Of a DNA stretch of 64,000 nucleotides, positions 29,670 through 39,685 are shown piece after piece. The number at the start of each line of letters is the position of its first letter. Within the stretch, counting starts at the first letter, position 1. A program made the translations under genes and the position numbers. The stretch is from Bradymonadia bacterium (GTDB taxonomy: Bacteria; Myxococcota_A; Bradymonadia; UBA7976; UBA1532), in assembly GCA_046290225.1 (NCBI GenBank), contig JBKAGE010000049.1, positions 24,430 through 88,429 of the forward strand, in the 5' to 3' direction. The notes under the pieces were generated by a model, which was given only the letters and a program-made list of their open reading frames with translations, searched no databases and was not told the origin of the DNA.

Positions 29670-30272
29670 ATGCTTGGACTCAAAACATTTTCGACTGTTT
29701 TTAGTGTAGCCGCTCTCATCGGCACCTCTGGCTGTGGTGGCGGCAAGGCCATGCACCAGCTGCCCGAGTTCCCCATGCAGTCCGTGAAGGCTGACCAGGC
29801 CGAGAAGATGAAGCTCTATGCTGGCCCCAACGGCGAGATCGAAAAGTTCTCGGTCTATGTGAAGGCAGAGGCCGTGCCGCAGTGGGCCCACGACATGGCC
29901 GACAAAGAGATCGGCAAGGGCGAAGCCTCGTCGTTCGAGGTGGAGCACTATGCCGACGGCAAGCAGACCTATGAGATCACTCGGAAGATCGACGGGGTAA
30001 AGACCGAGATCAGTTTCTCCACCGACAAGTCGATCAACTATGTCGAGAAAGCCATCGACTGCAGCGCGACGCCGGAGAAGGTGCAGGCGGCGGCAAAGGC
30101 CGTGGCTGGCTTCAACCTCGAAGAGTGCGAGTCCAAGAAGACCGGCGACATGATGGCTTACGAGGTCGAGGGCAAGCTCAACGGCATGGGCCACAGCTTC
30201 GAGTTCAAGGCCGACGGCACCCTGGTCACCCGCCGCAAGACGATCATGGGCAAGATGGAGGTTCGGTACTGA
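29670..30272 (+). CDS. Lipoprotein with PepSY-like/BLIP-like repeats
   Basis: RBS GGAGG, lipobox TSGC, two units with P..V..A...YEV/I....G...E..F.ADG. Confidence 0.7.
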   Translation: MLGLKTFSTVFSVAALIGTSGCGGGKAMHQLPEFPMQSVKADQAEKMKLYAGPNGEIEKFSVYVKAEAVPQWAHDMADKEIGKGEASSFEVEHYADGKQTYEITRKIDGVKTEISFSTDKSINYVEKAIDCSATPEKVQAAAKAVAGFNLEECESKKTGDMMAYEVEGKLNGMGHSFEFKADGTLVTRRKTIMGKMEVRY

Positions 30273-30442
30273 GCACACGCCTCAGCATCTCAATCCTGCC
30301 CCCGTAAGATTACCCCTCGTACAAATCCCCATATCAGCCGATATGGGCCATTACGTACTCTTCTGGCGTGTCATCGCACAGTGTGTGACGTGTCCGTAAA
30401 CCATGATTCCTCCAGTGATTCCTGGAGTTGGGGAGAGCATAA

Positions 30443-31873
30443 ATGCGCAAGCACCTCATCCTGGCCCTGGCGTTGAGTGCCTTGGCTCTTGGCTGCGAGT
30501 CCGATGATCCTGAAGACACCCCTGTGGGTGGCAGCGGCGGCGGCGAAGCCGGCGCAGGTGGCGAGGCTGGCGGCGGTGCAGGTGGTGAGGCTGGCGGCGC
30601 AGGCGCAGGTGGTGAGGCTGGCGGCGCAGGCGCAGGTGGCATGGGTGGAGATCCCGGCGGTGCCGGCGGTGAAGGCGGCATGGGCGGTGATGGGCCCGGT
30701 CAGGCCTGTATCGACGCCTGCACCGCGCTCGCTGACTGCTCTGCGGCATCCGACGCTTGCCCTGGGATCACCCCCGAGACCCGGGACGCGTTCTATGATG
30801 CCTGCCTGCCCACCTGTGAGGCCAACCCTGCCCTGCGGGCCCTCGTGAACGGCGACGACTGCGATGGCACCATCAACACGCTGCGCGGCCTCAACGAAGA
30901 CTTCGACGCCGGCTGCATCGCCGACGAGCCCATGATGTGCATGCCCGGCGAGACCTACTACCCCGGCGACGCCTGGGATGCCTGCATCAGCGACGACGGC
31001 ATGTTCAACGCCGTCAGGCCCGAGAACATCTCCACCATTCCCCGCGTGGCCAGCTATGAGGAGATCGGCGATTTGCTCTGGCGGGTGGACGGTGATCCCT
31101 CCGGTGAGGCCTTCATCGACGCCAACATCGAATATGGTCTCGACGAGGGTCTCGGCAGCCGTGTGATCCGTCGTTACGACTCCCGCATCGATGTGCCCGA
31201 GGGTGCAAACTGTCGCGACGAGAACGCAGGTGAGCTGTGGCCCGACTACTGCGTCGGCCCCGGTAAGATCCTCCCGATCCTCAACGCCGCCTTCGACGCC
31301 GGCGCTGTGGGTACGGAGCCTCGCCTGAACGCACGCCGCGTCGAGGCGGCCCTGCTCTGGTTCCTGCACGTGTCCTCCTTCAAGGAGGCCAACTCCTGCG
31401 CGGGCAAGGCTGTGGACTGCGACTCCGCATGGGGCTACTACGGTGGCGGCGGTCAGCCCGGTGGCGACATGGCCTTCGGCTTCGGCGGTGTGGTGCAGAG
31501 CATCGACACCGACGCCCACGAGGCCATCATGCAGGCCCTGCTCGCCGTGCGCTGCTGGCGTGATCTCGACGACGCCGAGGTGGCGGAGAACGGTGATCTG
31601 CACCAACAGGCCCTCGACCAGCTCGAGCCCGCTCTGGACCGTGGCCTGGCGGTGGTCTTGATGCACGCCCTGGAGCAGTACGCTCAGGGTGGCGATGCCG
31701 CTGCTGAGTGGTGGGCCTACCTCGAGGTCCTCGGCCCCACCGTGGAGACCGGCGCCCGCCGCCGCGGTGACGACGCCGCAGCTGACCGCCTGGTGGCCTT
31801 CTTCACCGGCGGCGCCCCCGACGACATCGAGCCCGCCATGGGCGATCTTGAGATGCTGTTCCCCTGTCCTTGA
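30443..31873 (+). CDS. Acidic Cys-containing lipoprotein with Gly-rich linker and helical C-terminal domain (possibly imelysin/FEA1-like)
   Basis: Lipobox ALGC, GAGGEAG repeats, DSAWGYYGG. The family call is tentative. Confidence 0.65.
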   Translation: MRKHLILALALSALALGCESDDPEDTPVGGSGGGEAGAGGEAGGGAGGEAGGAGAGGEAGGAGAGGMGGDPGGAGGEGGMGGDGPGQACIDACTALADCSAASDACPGITPETRDAFYDACLPTCEANPALRALVNGDDCDGTINTLRGLNEDFDAGCIADEPMMCMPGETYYPGDAWDACISDDGMFNAVRPENISTIPRVASYEEIGDLLWRVDGDPSGEAFIDANIEYGLDEGLGSRVIRRYDSRIDVPEGANCRDENAGELWPDYCVGPGKILPILNAAFDAGAVGTEPRLNARRVEAALLWFLHVSSFKEANSCAGKAVDCDSAWGYYGGGGQPGGDMAFGFGGVVQSIDTDAHEAIMQALLAVRCWRDLDDAEVAENGDLHQQALDQLEPALDRGLAVVLMHALEQYAQGGDAAAEWWAYLEVLGPTVETGARRRGDDAAADRLVAFFTGGAPDDIEPAMGDLEMLFPCP

Positions 31874-31905
31874 GCGGACGACCGTGCCTTCGGCACCGTC
31901 GCCCG

Positions 31906-33747
31906 CTACTGCAAGTCTTCTCGGCGCGTCAGCGGCACCGCCTGTGACGATCCCGAACTCAACAACACCATGAACCCGCTGCCGTCTACCGGCACCCCGA
32001 AGTCCAGTCGGAAGGGGTCCTGGTTGAACTGGGGCATCAACACCCGAACCCCAGCCCCCACAGTCTGGCGCAGCGTGAAGTCTTCGCCGCCGGCGTACAC
32101 ATCGCCAGCATCCCAGAACAGCACGCCGCCGAGGTGCACCGAGGCGAGCACCCACGGGCGAGTACGCAGCTCTACGTTGGTTCGCAGGAAGTTCTCACCG
32201 AAACCGAAGAAAGCCTGACTCGGGTAACCCCGCAGGCCGTTGTCACCGCCGAGGGTCACCAAGGAGTTGTTGCGATCTTTGATGCGCTGCACCCAGACGC
32301 CTCGAGCGATGAGACGCCCGACGCCCAGCTGGGGCGTGGCGCCGCGGGCGGTCACAGTCAGCTCCCGGTTGATCAGCTCTTCATCTTCATAGCGACCCTC
32401 GACGCCCACTGCCCCTTCGATGAGGCCCCCACCGGCGATGTGTACCCACCCCGCAGAGAGGGCGCCTCTGAGCGACCCCTTGTCGGATCCCAGGGCCGTG
32501 AGGGGGCTGCTCAAGCGGGCACCGATCGACGGGCCTACACGGATGTCCTCGCTCTGACCGAAAGTGGCGAGGTTGGCCAGCGCCTTGAACCGTGGCTGGA
32601 AGAACGACCACTCCACGAAGGGTGCCACGCGGGTCAAACGTTGGGGCAGCACATCGGTCTCGAAGGCCGACTGCTCTTCGTCAGTGAGTGCCCCGGTCTC
32701 GTCATTGGCTTCGGCATCGATGTGCACCGCAGCGACGCCGTAACCCACCCGATGGCGGAACCCCGTGCCCACACCCATCTGGTGCGTGCTGGTGAGCTCG
32801 GCGATGTAGAACCGCTGGTCCCAGACCCGGGGGATGGACACGGGGTCTGAGTTCTCGTCGGCCTGGAACGTGTACGTGCGCACCTCACCACCGGTGAGCT
32901 GACGCTGCACTCTGACGTCTGTCTGCACCTCGAGCACCAGGCCCCAGGGCTGCTGCAGGTTGTAGAGCGGGTGGCCGAAGAGCCACGATGTCGAGAAACC
33001 CTCTGCCTCGTCGCTGTCGCGGTTGAAGATCACGTCCGCGCTTTGAGCGAGGCGCAGCGGAGCCCCACCGAGTCGACGATCGACGAACACCTCGCCGACA
33101 GAGTACCGGTCGGGGAACATCTGGTAACGCAGTGTGCCCTGCTGATTGAGACCAAAGAGGTTCCGCTCGGTGATCTGCAACAACAACTGGTCGAACTGGC
33201 CCGCGGTGTAGCTGTACGACTGCTCGAGACGCAGTGACCAGAGATCGCGGGTGAGCACCAGGATCCCCACCTCATCTTCAGAGTCGGCCTTCACCGGCGC
33301 GATGGCCACGAGGGAAAAGATGCCCAGGCTGCGCAGGTTGCGGATGCTCTCGTACACCCGCACGCACTTGAAGGGCTGCCCCTGAGACACCAACAGCTCC
33401 TGCTCAATGATGCGGGGCTTCGTCAGCCAGTGCAGCGCGTTGGGAAACGTGGGCCACAGCTCGTCTTCCGCGAAGACATCCCGGCGGGCGATCCGCACGA
33501 AGGCGACGCGTTTGCCGAGCGGGTTTGCCTCGAAGGCGAGCCCTTCAGCCTTGAGGGCCCGAGCGAGGCGCTGGCCCTGGTAGGTCTCACCGCCGACGTT
33601 GAGGGCGCTCACACACGAGCCATCTTCGGCGTTGAGGGCTTTGCTCGTCTCGGCCTTCGCGCTTTGTTCAGGCCCGGACTGCCCCCAGGCAAGCCCGGCC
33701 CAGAGCACCAGAAGCACCACGAGTAGAGATCTGATTCGAATACGCAT
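31906..33747 (-). CDS. Omp85/BamA-TamA family outer-membrane protein
   Basis: Signal peptide, POTRA-like segment (IIEQELL...ESIRNLRSLGIF), ERNLFG, LGGDNGLRGY and RLDFGVP. TGATG coupling to the RluA gene. Confidence 0.82.
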   Translation of the reverse strand: MRIRIRSLLVVLLVLWAGLAWGQSGPEQSAKAETSKALNAEDGSCVSALNVGGETYQGQRLARALKAEGLAFEANPLGKRVAFVRIARRDVFAEDELWPTFPNALHWLTKPRIIEQELLVSQGQPFKCVRVYESIRNLRSLGIFSLVAIAPVKADSEDEVGILVLTRDLWSLRLEQSYSYTAGQFDQLLLQITERNLFGLNQQGTLRYQMFPDRYSVGEVFVDRRLGGAPLRLAQSADVIFNRDSDEAEGFSTSWLFGHPLYNLQQPWGLVLEVQTDVRVQRQLTGGEVRTYTFQADENSDPVSIPRVWDQRFYIAELTSTHQMGVGTGFRHRVGYGVAAVHIDAEANDETGALTDEEQSAFETDVLPQRLTRVAPFVEWSFFQPRFKALANLATFGQSEDIRVGPSIGARLSSPLTALGSDKGSLRGALSAGWVHIAGGGLIEGAVGVEGRYEDEELINRELTVTARGATPQLGVGRLIARGVWVQRIKDRNNSLVTLGGDNGLRGYPSQAFFGFGENFLRTNVELRTRPWVLASVHLGGVLFWDAGDVYAGGEDFTLRQTVGAGVRVLMPQFNQDPFRLDFGVPVDGSGFMVLLSSGSSQAVPLTRREDLQ

Positions 33748-34523
33748 CAGCGAGGTTTCCAGCGCCGGGGACAAGCCACGCCCAACTCTTCGAGGAACTT
33801 CAGGTGGGTCTCCGGCAAGGGGGCGTTGAACTGCACCCCACGGCCTGTGACCGGATCAGTGAACCCCAAAGTGCCCGCGTGCAGAAAAAACGCCCGCTTG
33901 CTGGACCGGGCAAAGCGCCGATCGAGCTCACCACGGCGGCCATACTCTCGATCCCCCACCACCGGGCTGCCACGGTGGGCCATGTGTGCCCTGATCTGAT
34001 GCAGGCGGCCGGTCTTGATGCGGCACTGAACCAACGAGACGCCCCGAGCCCGGGACACGATCTCGTAGCGGGTCTCCGCGGGCTCTGCCCGGGGGTGCTC
34101 GCCCACCTGTGCCTGCTTGCGGCCGTCTCGCCTGATCTCCCGGATCGGGGTACGCTCGACGCCCTTGGACGGCCGAGGGCCTCCGTGCACCAACGCCACG
34201 TATTCCTTGAGCAAAGTACGCTTGGCGAACTGTTGCCTCAGGCCATCGTAGCCCTCGATGGACAGCCCGACGACCAGCAGCCCGCTCGTCGGTCGATCGA
34301 GGCGGTGCAACAAACCGAAGTCACGAGATTTACCAAGGTTCTGAAGCGCCTTACCATAGCGGGCGAAGAGGCCGTTGAGCACAGTGTCCCGGGTGTGGCC
34401 CACCCCTGGCTGGGTCACCACACCAGAGGGCTTGCTCACCACGAGAAAGTGCGGCCCCTCGTAGACAACTTCGAGGGGCACCCGGGGGTTGGGGTGCACG
34501 CTGAGCTGGGGTCCGTCAGACAT
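33747..34523 (-). CDS. RluA-family RNA pseudouridine synthase
   Basis: KPSGVV, HRLDRPTSG, TGRLHQIRAH, GDREYG and FLHA. Confidence 0.95.
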   Translation of the reverse strand: MSDGPQLSVHPNPRVPLEVVYEGPHFLVVSKPSGVVTQPGVGHTRDTVLNGLFARYGKALQNLGKSRDFGLLHRLDRPTSGLLVVGLSIEGYDGLRQQFAKRTLLKEYVALVHGGPRPSKGVERTPIREIRRDGRKQAQVGEHPRAEPAETRYEIVSRARGVSLVQCRIKTGRLHQIRAHMAHRGSPVVGDREYGRRGELDRRFARSSKRAFFLHAGTLGFTDPVTGRGVQFNAPLPETHLKFLEELGVACPRRWKPR

Positions 34524-34604
34524 GACCTCATGGGTAGCCCACCACCCCGCCGATTGCTAGGTTCCCGCTGACATCAGCGCACCGAGATTCGCCAAGGAGC
34601 ACAC

Positions 34605-34967
34605 ATGACCGTCGTCGTGACCAACCGCATCCCCGTCAACGAAGGCCACGAGATCGACTTCGAAGACCGGTTCCGCAACCGCATCCACCTCGTGGACCAG
34701 TCCCCGGGCTTCATTCGGAACGAGGTCCATCGACCGCGGCCCATGAAGTTCGACCACGAGACCGGCGGCTGGGTGAAGGACGACGAGAAGCAGGGCTACT
34801 ACGAGATCAAGACGTGGTGGAAGTCGATGGCGGACTTCGTCGCCTGGACCAGGAGCGACTTCTTCCGCCAGGCCCACGCCAACCGACCCCCGAAGGACAT
34901 GTTCGCCGGCCCCTCGGAGATCGTGATCCACGAGATCGTCACCAGCACCGACCTGCCCGAAGACTGA
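34605..34967 (+). CDS. Antibiotic biosynthesis monooxygenase family protein (IsdG-like)
   Basis: VTNRI, FEDRFRNR, PGF and W.S..DF.AW..SD.F..AH; RBS AAGGAG. Confidence 0.88.
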   Translation: MTVVVTNRIPVNEGHEIDFEDRFRNRIHLVDQSPGFIRNEVHRPRPMKFDHETGGWVKDDEKQGYYEIKTWWKSMADFVAWTRSDFFRQAHANRPPKDMFAGPSEIVIHEIVTSTDLPED

Positions 34968-35035
34968 AGCCTCACGCTGATCGCCTCTCACCGAGCAGCT
35001 GCGACCGGCGGTGCTCCATCAACATCTGCAGATTC

Positions 35036-37090
35036 ATGGCTCATACTCCACCACGACCCCCGAAACGCCCTCATGTGCACGTGGCCCACGGTCACGAGCG
35101 GATCGACCCCTACCACTGGATGCGGGACGATCATCGCCAAGATGAGGAAATCTTGGCCCACCTGAAGGCCGAGAACGCCTACACCGAGGCCATGACCGCC
35201 GATCTGGCCCCGCTGCGGGAGACCCTGCTCGAAGAGCTCAAGGGCAGGATCCCACAAGCGGAGAGCAGCGTGCCGGTGCGCATCGGTCCCTGGTGGTACG
35301 CCACAGAATATCGAGAGGGTCAGGACTACCCGCTCTATACGCGCTCGGCGACCGCAGAGGGCGAGCGCGAGGTGATGCTCGATCTCAACACCCTCGCCGA
35401 GCCCCACGCCTACTACGCCATCTCTCAATGGTCGGTGAGCGACGACTGCCGATTGCTGGCCTACGCCGAAGACACTGTGAGCCGCCGCATCTACACGATC
35501 CGGTTCAAAGATCTCACCACGGGGGAGACCCTCGAAGAGTCGATCCCTGGTACTTCAGGGGCCCTGGCCTGGGCCGCCGACAATCAGACGGTGTATTACG
35601 CCCGCCGGGACGAGACAACGCTTCGGCCCTGCGAGATCTGGCGCCACACGCTGGGCACCGACCCATCGGAAGACGTGAAGGTCTACACCGAGACCGATGA
35701 GACCTTCGCCCTCTACCAGCTCGGCCGCACCCGGGATCGCAGCCATGTGGCCATCACCGCCTACAGCACCCTGAGCACCGAGGTGCTGCTGGTGCCTGCA
35801 GATGATCCCACTGCGCCGCTCACGCCGGTGATCCCTCGACAGCGCGATCACAAATACGCCGTCGACCTGCACGGCGGACTGGCCTTCGTGCGCACCAACG
35901 AAGGCGCCCTCGACTTCCGGCTGATCTCGGTCCCTCTGGACCAGGCCGCCGACCGCAGCGCCTGGCAGGAGGTCGTGCCCCATCGCCCCGGGGTATTCCT
36001 CGCCGACGCCCAGATCTTCGACGACTTCATCGCTCTGGAGATCCGTGAGGCGGCGGTCCTCGGTGTACGCCTGCTCGAACGCGCCACGGGCGAGGTGCAC
36101 GCCGTGGCCTTCGACGACGCGGTACACGTGGCCACCCTCAGCCTCAACCCCGAGGTCTCCGAGCCTCAAGTGCGCCTCGGCTACAGCAGCCCCGTCACGC
36201 CACAGTCCACATATGACTATGACCCTGTGGGCCGCGCCCTCACACTGCGCAAACGCCGGGAGATCCCCGGAGGCTTCGAGGCGAGCCGCTATGACACCGA
36301 GTGGGTACAGGTCACCGCCAGAGACGGTGCCGTCGTACCGGTCTCGGTGACCTACCCCGCCGGCGTGACCCGAGACGGCTCCGCCCCGATGTATCTCTAT
36401 GGTTATGGCTCGTACGGATACTCCCTGGATCCGGATTTCAATCTGAACCGCCTGAGCCTGCTCGATCGCGGCTTCGTGGTGGCCACGGCCCACATCCGCG
36501 GGGGCCAGGAGCGGGGCCGCCGCTGGTACGACCAGGGCCGCATGCTCAACAAGCGCAACACCTTCACCGACTTCATCGACTGCGCCGAGCGCTTGATGGA
36601 CCTGGGGTTCTCCTCACCTGAGCGCACAGTGGCCGGCGGCGGCAGCGCCGGGGGCCTGCTCATGGGGGCGGTGATGAACATGCGCCCCGATCTGTTCAAG
36701 GCGGTCTACGCCGCGGTGCCCTTCGTCGACGTGGTCTCCACCATGCTGGACGACAGCATCCCCCTGACCACGGGAGAGTACGACGAGTGGGGCAACCCCA
36801 ACGACAAAGCGTACTACGACTACATCTTGTCGTACTCGCCTTATGACAACGTCTCTGATCAGGCCTACCCCACGATGTACGTGACCACGGGGCTCCACGA
36901 CTCACAGGTGCAGTACTGGGAGCCGGCGAAGTGGGTGGCCTGCTTGCGGGACCATCAGCAGGGTGACGGCGCCATCATGTTGGAAGCAGATCTCGACACG
37001 GGCCATGGCGGGGCTTCGGGGCGCTTCAAACGGCTCGAGCAGACCGCTCGGGTCTATGCCTTCATGATCCGCTCAGTGAGCGCCGGCTGA
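35036..37090 (+). CDS. ptrB: Oligopeptidase B (S9A)
   Basis: DPYHWMRD, ENAY, YGYGSYG, GGSAGG, VPFVD, EWGNP, DSQVQYWEPAKW and GHGG. Confidence 0.95.
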   Translation: MAHTPPRPPKRPHVHVAHGHERIDPYHWMRDDHRQDEEILAHLKAENAYTEAMTADLAPLRETLLEELKGRIPQAESSVPVRIGPWWYATEYREGQDYPLYTRSATAEGEREVMLDLNTLAEPHAYYAISQWSVSDDCRLLAYAEDTVSRRIYTIRFKDLTTGETLEESIPGTSGALAWAADNQTVYYARRDETTLRPCEIWRHTLGTDPSEDVKVYTETDETFALYQLGRTRDRSHVAITAYSTLSTEVLLVPADDPTAPLTPVIPRQRDHKYAVDLHGGLAFVRTNEGALDFRLISVPLDQAADRSAWQEVVPHRPGVFLADAQIFDDFIALEIREAAVLGVRLLERATGEVHAVAFDDAVHVATLSLNPEVSEPQVRLGYSSPVTPQSTYDYDPVGRALTLRKRREIPGGFEASRYDTEWVQVTARDGAVVPVSVTYPAGVTRDGSAPMYLYGYGSYGYSLDPDFNLNRLSLLDRGFVVATAHIRGGQERGRRWYDQGRMLNKRNTFTDFIDCAERLMDLGFSSPERTVAGGGSAGGLLMGAVMNMRPDLFKAVYAAVPFVDVVSTMLDDSIPLTTGEYDEWGNPNDKAYYDYILSYSPYDNVSDQAYPTMYVTTGLHDSQVQYWEPAKWVACLRDHQQGDGAIMLEADLDTGHGGASGRFKRLEQTARVYAFMIRSVSAG

Positions 37091-37120
37091 TCGTCCAGAA
37101 CACGATGCCCTGTCTGGGCA

Positions 37121-38059
37121 TCACCGCTTGCCCTTGAGCACCACGGGCGGGGCCGTCAGTAACTCAGCGCAAAACGAATCCTCGAAATGCTTGGCTTTGT
37201 CTGCGAAGTAAGAGCAGGTCAGCGCCACCCACCGTTCGCGCACGTGGGCCGAAGCGTGAATCACGTGCAGTGTGGTCGATGGTCCGGGGCTTCCCCAATC
37301 CACCAGAGTCTCAGTGCAGGTGGTCTCTACCTCCTCGAGCTTGCAGGGGTACACGTTGTGCCCTGTGGCGGTCGTGTCTGCCACGTCTACATCATGCTTC
37401 TTCAGCTTTTCACGCGCAGCTTTGTTGTAGTCGACCGCGTCTTTTTTCGAAGGCGCGACGACCCAGGAGATCTGCCCGTGATCACATTGGATGTTCGTAT
37501 CTGAGTACGACCGACACTTGTCTGCGATGTCGATGGGTCGCCCGATGAACCTGAACTCGCGTATGGACTGCGCTTTTTCCAGGAGCACTTGAGGGACCCC
37601 CTCGGAGAGGAGCGCGGACAACACCTTTCGGCCCTGCTTCTGGTCCACGATCTTGTTGTTCTCGGTGTATTGAATCAGGGCCGACGACTCTCGCGTGTAG
37701 GCCGGGTCGACCGTCATCACTCCACGCCCATGGCTCATGTCCACCACGATGACGTCGTGTGACTTGCCCTTGACCTGAAGTGTCTCCCGGCTGACGACTG
37801 TGGCGTTCGAGTCTTGAACAGCCCGGTCGAGTAGTGTGTTTGCCGGCGCCATCGAGTGAGGCGCGAGAATCATCAGCAGCGCAAAGCTGGGCTGAATGTC
37901 TTCACAAAAGATTGTGATCCGCGAGTCCCTGATCTCGACGCGCTTGCACGCAGCCTTCCAATCAAACGGTGCCTCCGCAGTCTCTGCCGCCGTCAATGAC
38001 GGGGTCGCCACCCAAAACGCCCAGAAAACCACGCTCTTGAGGAAGCGTACGTGCAGCAT
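37121..38059 (-). CDS. Hypothetical secreted protein
   Basis: RBS AGGAG, signal-like N-terminus, paired Cys, no recognised motif. Confidence 0.7.
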   Translation of the reverse strand: MLHVRFLKSVVFWAFWVATPSLTAAETAEAPFDWKAACKRVEIRDSRITIFCEDIQPSFALLMILAPHSMAPANTLLDRAVQDSNATVVSRETLQVKGKSHDVIVVDMSHGRGVMTVDPAYTRESSALIQYTENNKIVDQKQGRKVLSALLSEGVPQVLLEKAQSIREFRFIGRPIDIADKCRSYSDTNIQCDHGQISWVVAPSKKDAVDYNKAAREKLKKHDVDVADTTATGHNVYPCKLEEVETTCTETLVDWGSPGPSTTLHVIHASAHVRERWVALTCSYFADKAKHFEDSFCAELLTAPPVVLKGKR

Positions 38060-38332
38060 CTCGTGCTCCTATCTCGGCTCGACCCCGCGTTGAAACCGGA
38101 TGGCCGTCCGCCGCTGAGGCTAGAGCATCATGCCCCAAAATCAACCGTGTCGAGCCATCAGTCGCCCCCATCAACCCACCCGAACCTCACGACGCCCGTG
38201 CCTCATACGCATGCGCTGCACATCTGCAGTTTCCATCTGCATGGTTGTGCGTTGATGCACACCGCCGCCGCCGCCATGCTCTGAATCACACCAGACAGTT
38301 CACCACAACACATCACTGATGGAGCGCCCGCC

Positions 38333-38935
38333 ATGAAATACATGACGATGGGTCTGTTCACCCTCAGCCTCGGCCTGATGGCCTGCAACTCCGCCACTGC
38401 CAAGAAGCCCACCGCTCAGGCAGCCAAAGCTGCCCATGAGAGCATCCCCATCAGCACGCTGACCAAAGCGCCACGGCGGGTCACCACCGTCACGCGGCTC
38501 AACGTGCCCGTCAAAGAGGCCTTCGCATACCTCGGCAACCACCAGAACCTGCTCGAATACTCGAACGGTATTCTGGGCAAGGTGAGCGTCGATGGCAGCG
38601 GAGCCAGCGAGGCCAACGGCGTAGGCACCAAGCGAGTGTGCGAGACTGCCAACGGCACCGACAAGTTCGTCGAGACCATCGTCTACTTCAAGGCGCCCTA
38701 CGTCTTCGCTTACGCCGCCACGGAGAACACCTGGGGGCTCACCGATCACCTGGCCACCGTGAGCCTCAAGCCCGACGGCAAAGGCGGCACCCTCGTGCAG
38801 TGGGACCAGTACTTCAACCACGTGAAGCCCGAGATGGCCCCTCAGGTGGCCATGAACATCAAGGGCATGCTCCAGGGCAAGATCCTGCCATACCTCACCG
38901 GCAAGTTCGGCGGTGAGATCCTGCCCCAGGGCTGA
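38333..38935 (+). CDS. SRPBCC/polyketide cyclase-like lipoprotein
   Basis: Lipobox LMAC, NVPVKEAFAYL, GVGTKR, ETIV and GGTLVQW. Confidence 0.85.
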   Translation: MKYMTMGLFTLSLGLMACNSATAKKPTAQAAKAAHESIPISTLTKAPRRVTTVTRLNVPVKEAFAYLGNHQNLLEYSNGILGKVSVDGSGASEANGVGTKRVCETANGTDKFVETIVYFKAPYVFAYAATENTWGLTDHLATVSLKPDGKGGTLVQWDQYFNHVKPEMAPQVAMNIKGMLQGKILPYLTGKFGGEILPQG

Positions 38936-38938
38936 GCA

Positions 38939-39679
38939 ATGCAGCTGCTTGTGTTGCCATTGCTCGCGATCCTGCTCAGTTGTTCCACGGTGGCGGCCCC
39001 CAACGACAGCGAGCCTCTACAATGGTACGAGCGCACACTGCCCATGGATCGAGCCACAGCGACGCTTGAGGTCGACGGCCTGGCAGTGAAGATGACCTAT
39101 GGCATCGTAGGCAAGCCGGAGTGCCGCCGGACCGGTACGTCCTGCCCCGTCATGGTGGTATTGCCGGGTGGGGCGCAGAACGACAACCTGATGTCCGAGG
39201 GGTTGCGGCCCTGGGCCGAAGACCTCGAGGCTCGGGGTTGGCTGGTACTCAGTCCGGTGGCCCTCGATGGAGAGCACCTGTTCTTCGGAGATCACGCGGC
39301 GGGCTCGGGACTCGACCAGTGGCTGGCCCACGTGAGCACCCACTATGGACGCACCGGTCGACCCTTCACCCTCGTCGGTGTGAGCAATGGTGGCATCAGC
39401 GCGCTGCAACTCGCCGCCCGGCATCCTGGCAGGTTCGCCCATGTGCTCGTTGCTCCGGGGTATATGCCCCAGACGACAGCTGTCGAGGCTTTTGGCGCTC
39501 AGCGTGTCACGTTCGTGATCGGCGAGCACGACACATGGCGGGCTGAAACCGAGCAGTCAGCACATCGGCTGGCAGGCGCTGGCGCCAGGACCCACACCGT
39601 GGTGGCCCCTGGTACGGGTCATGGGCTGTTCGGTTTCTTGGAGACCGAGCGGTTGCTCACGTTGCTGGACACACCATGA
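38939..39679 (+). CDS. Alpha/beta hydrolase (esterase-like), probable lipoprotein
   Basis: LLSC, VVLPGG, GVSNGG nucleophile, GEHD and GTGH. Confidence 0.8.
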   Translation: MQLLVLPLLAILLSCSTVAAPNDSEPLQWYERTLPMDRATATLEVDGLAVKMTYGIVGKPECRRTGTSCPVMVVLPGGAQNDNLMSEGLRPWAEDLEARGWLVLSPVALDGEHLFFGDHAAGSGLDQWLAHVSTHYGRTGRPFTLVGVSNGGISALQLAARHPGRFAHVLVAPGYMPQTTAVEAFGAQRVTFVIGEHDTWRAETEQSAHRLAGAGARTHTVVAPGTGHGLFGFLETERLLTLLDTP

Positions 39680-39685
39680 CGGGCA

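Noticed and set aside
38205..38260. CATCTGCA direct repeat and TGCA-rich tract between divergent genes
   Set aside because: Could be an operator, but too short and degenerate to distinguish from chance.
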